Positions 1 through 10,422 of a stretch of 64,000 nucleotides of DNA are shown here, one piece after another (position 1 is the stretch's first letter; the number at the start of each line of letters is the position of its first letter). The DNA is taken from positions 35,836,001-35,900,000 of the forward strand of contig CM114271.1 in the NCBI GenBank assembly GCA_050084515.1. Reading direction: 5' to 3'. The stretch is from Blasia pusilla. Taxonomy: Eukaryota. The position numbers and the translations under genes are program-made. Below the pieces are notes generated by a model, which was given only the letters and a program-made list of their open reading frames with translations, was not told where the DNA came from and did no database searches.

Positions 1-212
1 TGCACTGTGGGGCTGAAGCTAAGTGGCCCTCTACCACCAGAGATCTCTGCCACATCCCCTGTCTCACTGCCCTCCTCTCCATCTAGTCTCCGGGCTGATG
101 GTGTGGGTCTCTCTCCTCTCACAATCCCATCATATGCCTCGCGACCACTACTAGACACATATCTTGGAGCCCAATACATCCTCCAAGCATCGATCTCTAT
201 TGAATATAGTGA

Positions 213-461
213 TCAAAACTCCATGTAGTCATCCATCGGAGGACCCTCCAAGTGCTGGAACAACCCTTGCCATGCCATGAAAGGGTTGAACCGTGTCGGG
301 GTCCGTATCTCCTGGAAATCGCACCACGTGTCGAACTCCTGGATAAAATCATCTAAGTCCATGATGCCCATTTGCACCCAAGAAACGACGCATGCCCCGA
401 TGGCCCATGTCGTCCATCTCCTGCCAAGTACTACTATCTCTGTCTGCGATCTTGTCACCAT
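213..461 (-). mobile_element. Ty3/Gypsy-like gag N-terminal fragment (degenerate)
   Basis: Translation ...DLDDFIQEFDTWCDFQE...LFQHLEGPPMDDYMEF resembles the start of a retrotransposon gag domain; it sits among LTR-like sequence. Confidence 0.5.
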
Positions 462-1439
462 ACCCAGTGTCTAGTGATGATGATCTTGTCACGGATGGAT
501 GTCGAGGTAGCTTTTTTTTGGTAACCCCTCGGTATCTCACTCCACTCTATGTCACACCACCACCACTACTCGCACTACCCCGTTCTTCCGAACCTTGGAA
601 GAATGCCGTGATGACAAACCGTGTCTCACCCGCTCAAGCACTCAGACTCACCGAGAGTCTCCCACACTCCTCACTAGCTCACCTATGCTAACATCAATCC
701 TGTGATGACATACCCGGCCTCACGCACACTCAACACTCGGGCTCACCATGAGCCTCCCAACTGCCTCACCTAACCTAGCGACACTCTCTCGGGTCATACA
801 CGCGACCCCTACTCGGCAACCACCGTATATCCACCAACATGCTACACATGAAAAGAATCTACACTCATCACCATCACTGCACCCATCTAGCACCAACTAC
901 TACCCGATACCCAGCACTCTCAATCACACACGACAAGTGCACAAAAGGGACTCGAATGGGTAACCTGATAACGCCCTCCAACCTACTGCACCGTCAACAT
1001 CCACTCCTCCACATGATATGACAACCTCCGCAACACCACACTCTCCTCAACCAACATGTGAAACCTCCCGTCAGTGTAGGTTCGTGTGTCCCCATCACAA
1101 CCCTCGCAATTCCCAGTCGGTGAAGAACTAATGAGTCGTCCTCCAACCTACTCGTAACGACCGACAAAGTCCTATCGCAAATCCCATCCACGCTCGCGAG
1201 ACACTAAGTCCTGCAAAACTCTCCACTGCGTAACCGAATTCAACCACGTCGGACCCCAACCATGTCTTCCCTTATGACTACGTCCGACTTTACCATGTCA
1301 CTCCCGTCAATTGTGGTACCATGTCGGACTGCCCTACCACGTTCAGCCCCTGCAACTCCACCACATCCACTCGGCCCTGACCACATCCACATGTGCCATA
1401 CCACGTCCATCACGGTGCCCTATGCACCTCCTTAAATGC

Positions 1440-1717
1440 GAAAAATGGGGGAGGAGGAACCTGGCCCACGGCCCTATGCAGGCCTCCCTTAGTACGGGAA
1501 AGGGGGGCGTGCGGCCCTATGCGTGCCTCCCACATTGCGGGGAGGGGGGGGGGGATTTAGGGTTTAGGTGCGCGCATGTGTTGTGTGATCTCCATGTATA
1601 TGTATGAGTTGATTTTTGTACATGTGTGGATCGACCCGTGTGTGGGGAAGATCGGTGTTGTATGGTGTAGATGTGACCAGCGATGTATGTTGTGTAGCAA
1701 TAGGTATGCGCACGACA
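1440..1717 (+). mobile_element. Partial LTR (3' portion) of a Gypsy-like family
   Basis: About 1575-1717 is a diverged direct repeat of about 3255-3396. It ends in CACGACA, like the LTR ends at 32013 and 32667. Confidence 0.55.
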
Positions 1718-2868
1718 GCCTGCCCTCGGAGCATGTACGCGGTATGTCCCCCACTCGATCATGGCAAGTTTTGGCGGCGAAGTTGATGGATATGCCATCT
1801 TGACCAACCATAGAGTGATCCATGATGACACCAGATATAGTATTGCTGGACAATTGAGTTGGAGTCTTTTGCTTGGTTAGTTCAATAGGTACGTTGTACC
1901 ATCCAAAGTGCGTTCTACGGGTGCGCAACCCTTGATGTTAGGAAAGGTGGTGTGTTTGGTGTTTCGGACATGAAATATTGAGCCTTGTCCCTTTCAGATA
2001 CAAAGCTCTATTAGGAGTGTGTCACCCACGTACTACATGGCTCGACAAGGGCAAGTTGTTAGACTCCAACCAAAGCATGAGTTAGATAGTGTGATGGTGT
2101 GTATTTGGGCAATCACGACACCGACAGAGTTGTATGATGTGTTAGTAGGAAGTATGGTGTTGTACCCTGTTGGTTTCATCCTTGATCTTTGGGAGGGGAT
2201 GGTTTCTTGTCGACCAGGGTAGCGATCTGATGATGGATGGGTGAGCCATTTACTTGTATGGTTTGCATGATGTAGTGGTGGTCGACCACGGGACGATACG
2301 GTAATCATATTGGAAACATTCACGTATGGTGTTAGCTAGCCAAGAGAGTTTTTGGAGGGGAACGTACATGTAGAAGACATCCCATAGCAGATAGGCCCAT
2401 GGAGAGACATGCCACGGTGGGTGTCTCTTCCCATGGTGCGGAGACCTCTTTACCATTTTTGGTTACCAGCGTTGACTTGTATGGTAGTGCAAATGAGCTC
2501 ATAAGGCAGGTATGGAATCGTCCCTATGTCTCGGAGCAGATACAGTCAAGTGACGGTTGTGCTCTTGGACTGGAGACTTTATATCTTTGATATCAGACTT
2601 GTTGTGTGGCAATGCTTGAAGAAGGGTGCGAGAGTGGTAGATCACTTCGGAGAGATCAACACGAAGGTTAGCTACAATATTGCAGGACAACATACATATA
2701 TATTGATATTTCTAGGTAGAGATAGATGAGATGGATCCACAAATGAGCATGTGTTGGAAGATGTTATCGGGAGACAACACCAACGGTGCTGGATATATAT
2801 ATGGTAGTAGGTCATGTCAAGTAGATGTGATGTGTACTATTTGGAGTTACGGTACCCAACTACCAACT

Positions 2869-3396
2869 AGCTAGGGGGCGGCCCATTATATATGATGTCA
2901 ATCATGAAGAACACAAAGTCCGAAGCCAAGGCCCTTTGTTGAAAGCCCAAGGCCGAGGTGACATGTTGATCGAGTGAACAGTAATTCGGTAATCTGTGCA
3001 TGCAAGTGATCATTTGGAGGTTATTTTGGGGGAAGAGGCTTTGGCTCTTCCCAAGGCTATGAGAGAGGGAGAGATGGATTTCCCAAGCCATTTATCTCAT
3101 GTTGGTCCTTAGGATTACCTCTCTTAATTTCTTGTGTATGTGTGGAACTCGGGTACTAGCGTATGGATTCCCTCATAGCGGAGGGTGGATGTGGCTTGAT
3201 ATCCCAATGTAGATTCAAGAGTAGAGTTGGGTGTGTGCGCCATTTTACCCTTATTTTGTTGTGTGGTCTCAATGTATATACATGAGTGTATTTTTTTCTT
3301 TTGTGGATCTATCTGTGTGTTGGGAAGATCAGTGTGGTGTGTTGTGTAGATGTGACCAGCGATATGGATTGTATAGCGATATACATGCGCATGACA
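2869..3396 (+). mobile_element. PPT-like tract plus LTR of a Gypsy-like family
   Basis: AGCTAGGGGGCG at 2869-2880 (same motif at 31892-31903), then TGTCA at 2896 through TGACA at 3396. The 3' part is homologous to 1575-1717 and 32630-32667. Confidence 0.55.
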
Positions 3397-3829
3397 AGCC
3401 TTTCCAGATGCACACATAAGTATTTGCGGATGGAAAGTTTGAAAAGAATCCTTACTCTAAACTTAGTCCCATCACTAATTTGACTCAAAGCCATCCACCC
3501 ACCCAAAGAAAATTTTAAAGTCAATCCTAATGTAAACCACCTACTCTAATTAACATCAAAATTCACTATTAATATTGATGAGGTTAAGAGCTATTGAGAG
3601 TTTTTTAAAAAAACAAGAATCTATATTATAAAAAAATTTGGTGGCATATGTCATATTGGAAAAACAACTTTAATCTCACCAAAATATAACATATTACTTT
3701 TATGAAGTGTATAACACTAATTCAAATGATTGCATCTAGTGATCTTACACCGAAATTTATATCAAACCTCCATAAGAACTAAGGTGGTGGTGGGTGGCTC
3801 ATGTTATAAAGATGGATCCTATGCGAGAG

Positions 3830-4150
3830 TTTGTGCGAGCCCATGTGGTGGCACAAGGAAGATTACTACAAGGACCGGCCGTGAAGAAGACTCATCTCTA
3901 TATTCGACTTCATGATGGACATTCCTCCCCCTAGCAATAGAGATATATAGGACTATGGGCAAAAATTTTGACTCCTTCTTCATGGATTGTGCTCATAATC
4001 TCCAATCGAGATGTGGATTGTCCTTGGCTACTTCGATTCTTTATTGTAAGCAACCGATCTCAATGATTTTGTAACGTGCCCAAGCCAATGGGCCTTTGAG
4101 GCGGGTTCAGGCCGTGGGAGATATCGATCCTAGAGGCCCTCTTATTATTA
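3830..4150 (+). mobile_element. 3' fragment of a CRE-like (restriction-like endonuclease) non-LTR retrotransposon
   Basis: Frameshifted reading AVKKTHLY..HDG/FLPLAIEIYRTMGKNFDSFFMDCAHNL...KQPISMIL*RAQA matches the RLE C-terminal pattern K..Y...FxPLAxE...QxISxxLQRxQA. Confidence 0.6.
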
Positions 4151-4587
4151 GTCATGTTTCTCTATGCCTATCTAATATTGTTTATGTTGATGTAAGTTTA
4201 GGGGATAGAAAGGATGCCTTTTTTTTCCCCCTAAACTCTTCACGTACTCAATTCTTTGAGTCCCACTATTTTGTTCTTATACTTTAACCTTAAACCCAGT
4301 GGGTTCCCATCTTCCTTCTATGGAGGCTTTATCTTTCTCCAATACAAACCAATTTAGGAATAATGTAGGAAAGCGACTACAAATCACTTCCTTCTCGTAG
4401 AAAATGCATCAATTCCCCCTTTCTTGCAGTTCCCCAAGCGTCCATGAGCGTCGTCATTAGCACAAGCAGTTTCTTCATTGGGTCTTAATTCGTCCTATCA
4501 GAGGACTCTTCCGGACAAAGTCTCTCTAGAGAGTGTCGCTCTTCTTTCCCGCCGCGTACAGGTCTGCGGTAGTGTACAGACGTACAG

Positions 4588-7500
4588 TTACGTCTCCCCT
4601 CTGTGGTACTGGTCTTGCGGAATGGTGAGAGCGTGTCTATCGATGCCAACGAGATATGGAGAGATGGGAATTGGATGGAAAGTGCGTTTCGGGTTTAGTT
4701 TAAACGAAACAGAGAGGATGAGGGCCGAATCCCGGGATCGTACAGGGATCTCTCTTGCATCGAGCGTGATGACCGCACCTGTTACGGGCAATGCTGAGGC
4801 TCGGAGAAATCTTGTAAAGTCTACGCGTCGGTAGTAGATGAGACGGGCTTCAAATCTACAAGATATCTCCTTCAAGTGTCGTTGGAGTTTCGGCCAATGA
4901 CGGAAAGCGTGTCGCGCCAAACAAGTTGACGTTCTTATTTCCTTTTCGCCGACGGGAGTATGAGCGACGGGAGTATGAGCGCTGTGCGAAATGAAGCTCT
5001 CTCGCTAAGTTTACGGTGCCTGATCCTGAATCGGTAGAGAAATCCGAGATGAGTTATATCGACCTGGTCTCACGGCGGTTTGTGTCGAGTTGATCTCCGA
5101 ATTTCCTTCACCGTGTCCGTGTTTGTTTCACTCCGACGTGCTGCAGCAGCAGCAGCTCTGCCATATTTACTTTAATTCCGTTGGGTTATCCCAACGTTTG
5201 CGGTTTGCCCACGTATCTCCCGTACTCTCTTCGTCCCTCTACAGAATACTAATTAGTACTGTTGCGATGCAGACTTGAGGAATACTCTTCGTTGCGTGGC
5301 TACCGATGATATCGAATGGTATGACAGGATTCCTTGTCACATTCCGCAAATTTTCTCACTAGAATCAATCGACTACCGCCCGGTGGGACCTCCTCTCGAT
5401 CGCTACATCCTGGATCAACATCCCTAGCGCATCTTGCTCGCCTACTTGCCTTGTACAAATCTGAGAGGAAGCTTCCTCTATCGCTGCAGGAGCGATAGCA
5501 ATCCCGATCCCAGGCGGCTGTAGCCTTGGGAATTGCTGACCCTGTGCAGCAACGAAGGGTTGTGTCTTTCATCGGTAGTGTTGGGGTCTCTCAATCGTTA
5601 CAATCAGGGTTGATCCAGTGCCTACAATGTTCCTAAACGCTCGTAACTGACTATCTCCTCTACGATAATACTGGATATTTCAATTCCCGCTTTACCGAAG
5701 ACCTCTACTAAACCCCGGTTCGTCCTAATTTCCCAAGGGCATCCATTGAGAAAGCAAGGACGGTCAACGTGCTTCAATATATGAGTAGGTTTGGCCTCAT
5801 CGCTCTTCTTACTGTACGGTAAATCCGGTCCAAAAGTCCGGATTCCAACATTCTGTCGCTCTTCTTCAATTCACGATGGACTGTACTAGAGGTGACAGAT
5901 CGGTGGTGGTGGTAGCGTGGGTTCCGCCTAGGAGACCGGGATATTATTGTCTGGATTCGCGACCGCAGCCTCCAGACTTCAGCCTCCTCCACCAGTTCAT
6001 CGTGGTGACCAGTCTGCCATCGCCTAGATAGGTAGGCTCTTCCTCTCCTGCTGTTGGTTTGCTCTCCCCCCACCAGCTTTCTACTTTTCACGCCTCACTT
6101 GCTATGTTGGGTACCTCACCTCGACAAAAACCAAATCGGCAAGTTGTATCGAATCCTCCACACCGTACTACCGTGTTTTCTCTCGTATGCCCAAGTTTCT
6201 GCATCTGGATTCTACGGCCTTCCATTACTCTTCAGCTCCATTGATTAGCGGTGATACTCTTCTTCTCTTCAGACGGATGCCGAGAATCTCTCATGGTAGA
6301 TGATAAGGAGGATGCATGGATTGTATCAGGTGCTGGTTCTTGAGACACTGTGCCCGTTCAGCATGTGGTCAGAATTAGATAGTGAGAAAGCACTCCTGTC
6401 TGAAGAAATTAAGGAAAGAGACCGGCCGAAACAAGAGACGAGTCCTTTTCTATATTTTACCTCGGCCGGTTTTATTCGGGCTCCGATTTGACCGGTTCAT
6501 GCCGACGGCGAACATCTTAAGAAGAGAAAAGAACACAAGCAAATCTCAGTCAAAGAACTTGTGGCTGGCGATGAAGACATTCTAGGAAGAGGGAATTTCT
6601 TGAACGAAGAAGGGCATGGTTTCCACAACGGAGGCGCAGGGTCAGATATTTCTAAGAAGAGAATGACTGAGAGGTGGAAGGGGAGAGAGATCGGAGGCGT
6701 TACCTGAGTACCATGACCTCTACAGCGCAGGGACCTCGTATTCTAGCTATCAACTGCGCTCGGCTTGACGATTTCCTCCGCCGTTGCAAGGGAGGATATC
6801 GTCGCTACAGCTACTTGCGGAACAAGACATGGACGACAACATCACATCAAGACGTAGTAGTGCGGAATCCCTAGAGATCTGATTCGCTGTTCAAGTGAAT
6901 TCATGTATAGGTCAAACATTCCGGGCTCCTCGCGTGTGCGGGTTATTCTTTGTCATCTTTTGCAGACTCGGAGCCGAGTGGCTCGTTAATAGAGATGGAT
7001 CAGCCAATAGCTTCGTAGTACCATGTAGGAGGACTCGAGAAGCTAGTAGTTGGGAAGTATTTCCCGCACGGCCCATGGGCTTGAAGGTACCGATTCCTAA
7101 TCTTCTTTCTGCGTATGGAGTAAAGAGCCATGCGCATTTTCGAAAGGGTCGAGAGGCGCTCCAGATTGGGTCGTTAGGGTTTTGAAGTAAGGGCCAAAAG
7201 TAAAGCACCGATTACCCAATAGCACCAGTGTGTCCTTGATGCAGCATTGAGTGCATCAAAGACTAATCAGCTCAACGATCAGACTTCATGATGCATCTCG
7301 ATCTGACCGGTATATCGAGCTCGTTTGCTAAACAGGATGGAGGGCAGCTCAACTACTTCAAATAATTGCCATACTTCATGCAATGACTCGTACTTCACGT
7401 TCATTAATGGTAGTCTAAACCAAATTCTCCCGTGAGGCTTCTTTGTGACTCTTATTCCGGCAGTTTAACAGCAAGAGACTGCCGAGAGTCCTGCATTCAC

Positions 7501-8700
7501 CCTTTCCCCGTCTCCCCTCATGCATGGAACCCTCTCATATTACGTCATAATGCATTGAAGCCTTTCATGCTTATCCTCGATCTTCTTCTCAACCTCATGG
7601 ATAAGATCTTCAGGTTCCCCGACATGGGTCCTTGGCACTAAAAGTACTTTCGTGCCACATTTTCATCCGTGTGGAGGCTTGTCTGTTTTGTTTAGTCGAC
7701 AAGCTCATACTCTTGGGTTAAAGACGGAAGCCTTTCAAGTGCAACAAGCATCTCATTCAGGGAAAATTCACTCATGGATAGTAACACGGGAATCGGAAGA
7801 AATCAGCAGGAAGAGTAACTATGGAAAACTCACACACTGATACGGCTGGTCCACCATCTCATTCAATCCTCAAACCACCCTTATTTCACACTCCCGCCAC
7901 CAAAGACCACTCCCATCGCCAATGACCATTCGGAGTCGTTGCACAAAGGAGGAAAACACAATCAGTCTCCAGCATCCAAGTTCACATACGCTTACGCATG
8001 CTTTCTCTGGATGGGCATCATCGTCCAGGGCATCCAATTCAGCATATTTCTCCTTCCCTGGTCATCTCGAGTCATAGCAAACAGTCATTCGCACTTAACT
8101 TCTAAGTCTTTTTGTATATTTGAACTCCCCTGGCCGAGGCCTAGTCTTAACGGAATGGACTATATATTCGGTTCGACATATTCGGACAGTCCTGTGAGCT
8201 CGTGAATCAGAGAAAAAAGTGAAACGATCTACAGCGACAACATCCTTCCCACGATCTTATTAGTTCACTTCATCTGCCATATTCAGCATGATTATTCTTT
8301 AATTTACAGGAAACAAATCAACACAAGCTGAAGCGGCCAATGAAAAGTCCCCCAAATGACAGTGAATGAAGTGGGAACCAGTGGTCCAGAGATATAGCCC
8401 AACAAGAGATTATCAATCACATTTAGGCAATCCAATGGACAACGATAGTGCGACAGACATGACTCTGTTGACAAACAGGACAGAAGTAGTCCATGCTGCA
8501 CTGCCATGAGTTGATGGCACATAAAGAATTGGTAATGGTCCGTCCATGGGCTTGGAGAAAGTCCACAGTGGAATATTTACAAATTGATTGCTTAGTGTTA
8601 GGCGTCTGCCAAACAAACTCTGAAGTGTAGGAAACTGTACAATGCTGTACCCTCCAACGTAAAATGTCTCGAAATTCGACTATTACATCGACTATTCGGG
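4588..8700 (-). pseudogene. Unassigned coding-like relic, possibly a multi-exon pseudogene
   Basis: Broken protein-like frames (e.g. NVGIRTFGPDLPYSKKSDEAKPTHILKHVDRPCFLNGCPWEIR; EPEDLIHEVEKKIEDKHERLQCIM) and an AG/GT-bounded mini-exon candidate near 7995-8058. No family recognised. Confidence 0.25.
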
Positions 8701-8867
8701 GCACAATAGAAGACTCACCCGAATCAATCGTTCAATTCTCGTCTTCCTATTTGTCTTTAAAAGTGATGTATGAAACTTTATTTTCGATCTGGGGATTCTG
8801 TCCACTCCTCTGTATCTCTGCTCTTCCCTCTTGACTCGATCTTTCTCCAGCTTATCAAATCTGCTCT

Positions 8868-8898
8868 CTACCTACCTATCTACCTACCTTCCTACCTC
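8868..8898 (+). repeat. Imperfect (CTAC)n microsatellite
   Basis: ctacctacctatctacctaccttcctacct. Confidence 0.7.
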
Positions 8899-9036
8899 CT
8901 ATTATCATAGAAACACAATCCGCATCAGGAGATGGAGATGGCTGGATCCACTTCTGTCGTCCCCGAACGTGACAAAACTGGGTCAATCTATCAGTGAGTA
9001 ACCTTGCCGTGGTCTGTAATCTATAAGCTGTGATGT

Positions 9037-10422
9037 CTATCTCGCCTCCATCGTTCTACTCATATTTATTTTACTGGAGATGAAGCTTCTCTCCCACAGT
9101 TCGGAGGCCGTCATTATTTTCGACAGCTCCAAGCTGACGGCCCTGATTTCGGGTCGATGGGTAGGGTTGTCGTCTATGCACGATTTGGCCAGAAGCGCAA
9201 CCTTCAATGCATAATCCAGAGGGTAAGAGTCTTTGAGAAGAGGATCCATCCACTGACGCAACTTCACTCTCGGCTCTCGATCGTTGAATATGGCCAGCAC
9301 AGAGTCGTGGAGAGAGCTTACTTTGATGACGTTGGAGCCAGGATCACCACGTTGGGTGCTAGGTTCCTGACCCGAGAGAATCTCGAGGAGCACAACACCG
9401 AAAGAGAAGACATCGGATTTTGTTGTCACCGCTGCATTCGACTTTGACTCTGGAGCCATGTAACAACGAGTACCATTGATCTTCCTGCTGCGGGAGTGAG
9501 TCAGTCGGGGTCTAACCACTGACGGTGATGGCAACCCTCCCTCCTCCGTGATTTCACTCGAACTCGAAGCAAGGTTGGCAGAGACGTCTGTAGATTCCTC
9601 TAGCTCTCGCGTAGCAAACTCTCCAGCCAAGTACGCCACACCAAAGTTGCAAATCCTTGCACGAAGAGTGTTTCCGTCCAGAAGAATGTTATTGCTTTTG
9701 ATATACTTGTGCACGAAAGGCTTGTGCGTGTCTTCATGCAGATATTCCAGCCCTCGCGCCACATCCAGGGCCACCTGAAGTCGCAGTTTCCATGTGCTAA
9801 GCACACAATAGCCAGGTGAATGAGGGCTACGCAAACATTCCCTCAGCTTGACGCCCTCAATGAGCTCGTATACCGCATACACATTCTCATCTCCATCAGG
9901 AGCGCATGCACCTATCATGGGAACGACATTCATGTGATGAACACTGCACAGCGTTTTCACCTCCGACGCCAAGTCGGTGAACATCTCACATTTCTTGTGT
10001 TTCGTGATGGCTACCTCCAGACTATTCCTCACAGTTCCTCGGTACACAGAGCCACCGATTCGACGGCTGGAGCTGAAGTTCTCCGTAGCACGTCTGAGCT
10101 CCCTATAGTGAAAAATGTAGGCTCCTCCACCGACCACATCCTTCACAGTTGCGAGCGAGTCCCTAGAGACCTGGGACTCTCTGGAATGGGATTGTTGGGA
10201 GTCCCTAGACAGCTGGGACTCTCTGGATAGTTTATTCGGCGTATAGCCCGCACTCACGCCTGAAAAATCCGAGCTGCTGCTATCATGTTGGTTAACCTTG
10301 CTGCTACGAGTCCCGGGCCAAGTTCTTGCCGAAGCTTCCCGACTCGAAGAACTGATCTTCAAAGTCGGCTTGCGCTTTACCAAGCACATGGTGGACCGGA
10401 GTATCTTTCGAAGTGAGGGCAT
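9037..10422 (-). CDS. LysM-RLK-related receptor-like cytoplasmic kinase, probable pseudokinase (At3g57120-like), intronless
   Basis: Uninterrupted ORF with kinase subdomains: IFHYRELRRATENF, RIGGSVYRG, VHKYIKSNNILL, CNFG, GTRCYMAPE, KSDVFSFGVVLLEILSG, WMDPLLKDSYP, RP. No signal peptide, LysM or TM segment. First ATG at 10422; alternative start MCLVKRK at 10389. Confidence 0.92.
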   Translation of the reverse strand: MPSLRKILRSTMCLVKRKPTLKISSSSREASARTWPGTRSSKVNQHDSSSSDFSGVSAGYTPNKLSRESQLSRDSQQSHSRESQVSRDSLATVKDVVGGGAYIFHYRELRRATENFSSSRRIGGSVYRGTVRNSLEVAITKHKKCEMFTDLASEVKTLCSVHHMNVVPMIGACAPDGDENVYAVYELIEGVKLRECLRSPHSPGYCVLSTWKLRLQVALDVARGLEYLHEDTHKPFVHKYIKSNNILLDGNTLRARICNFGVAYLAGEFATRELEESTDVSANLASSSSEITEEGGLPSPSVVRPRLTHSRSRKINGTRCYMAPESKSNAAVTTKSDVFSFGVVLLEILSGQEPSTQRGDPGSNVIKVSSLHDSVLAIFNDREPRVKLRQWMDPLLKDSYPLDYALKVALLAKSCIDDNPTHRPEIRAVSLELSKIMTASELWERSFISSKINMSRTMEAR

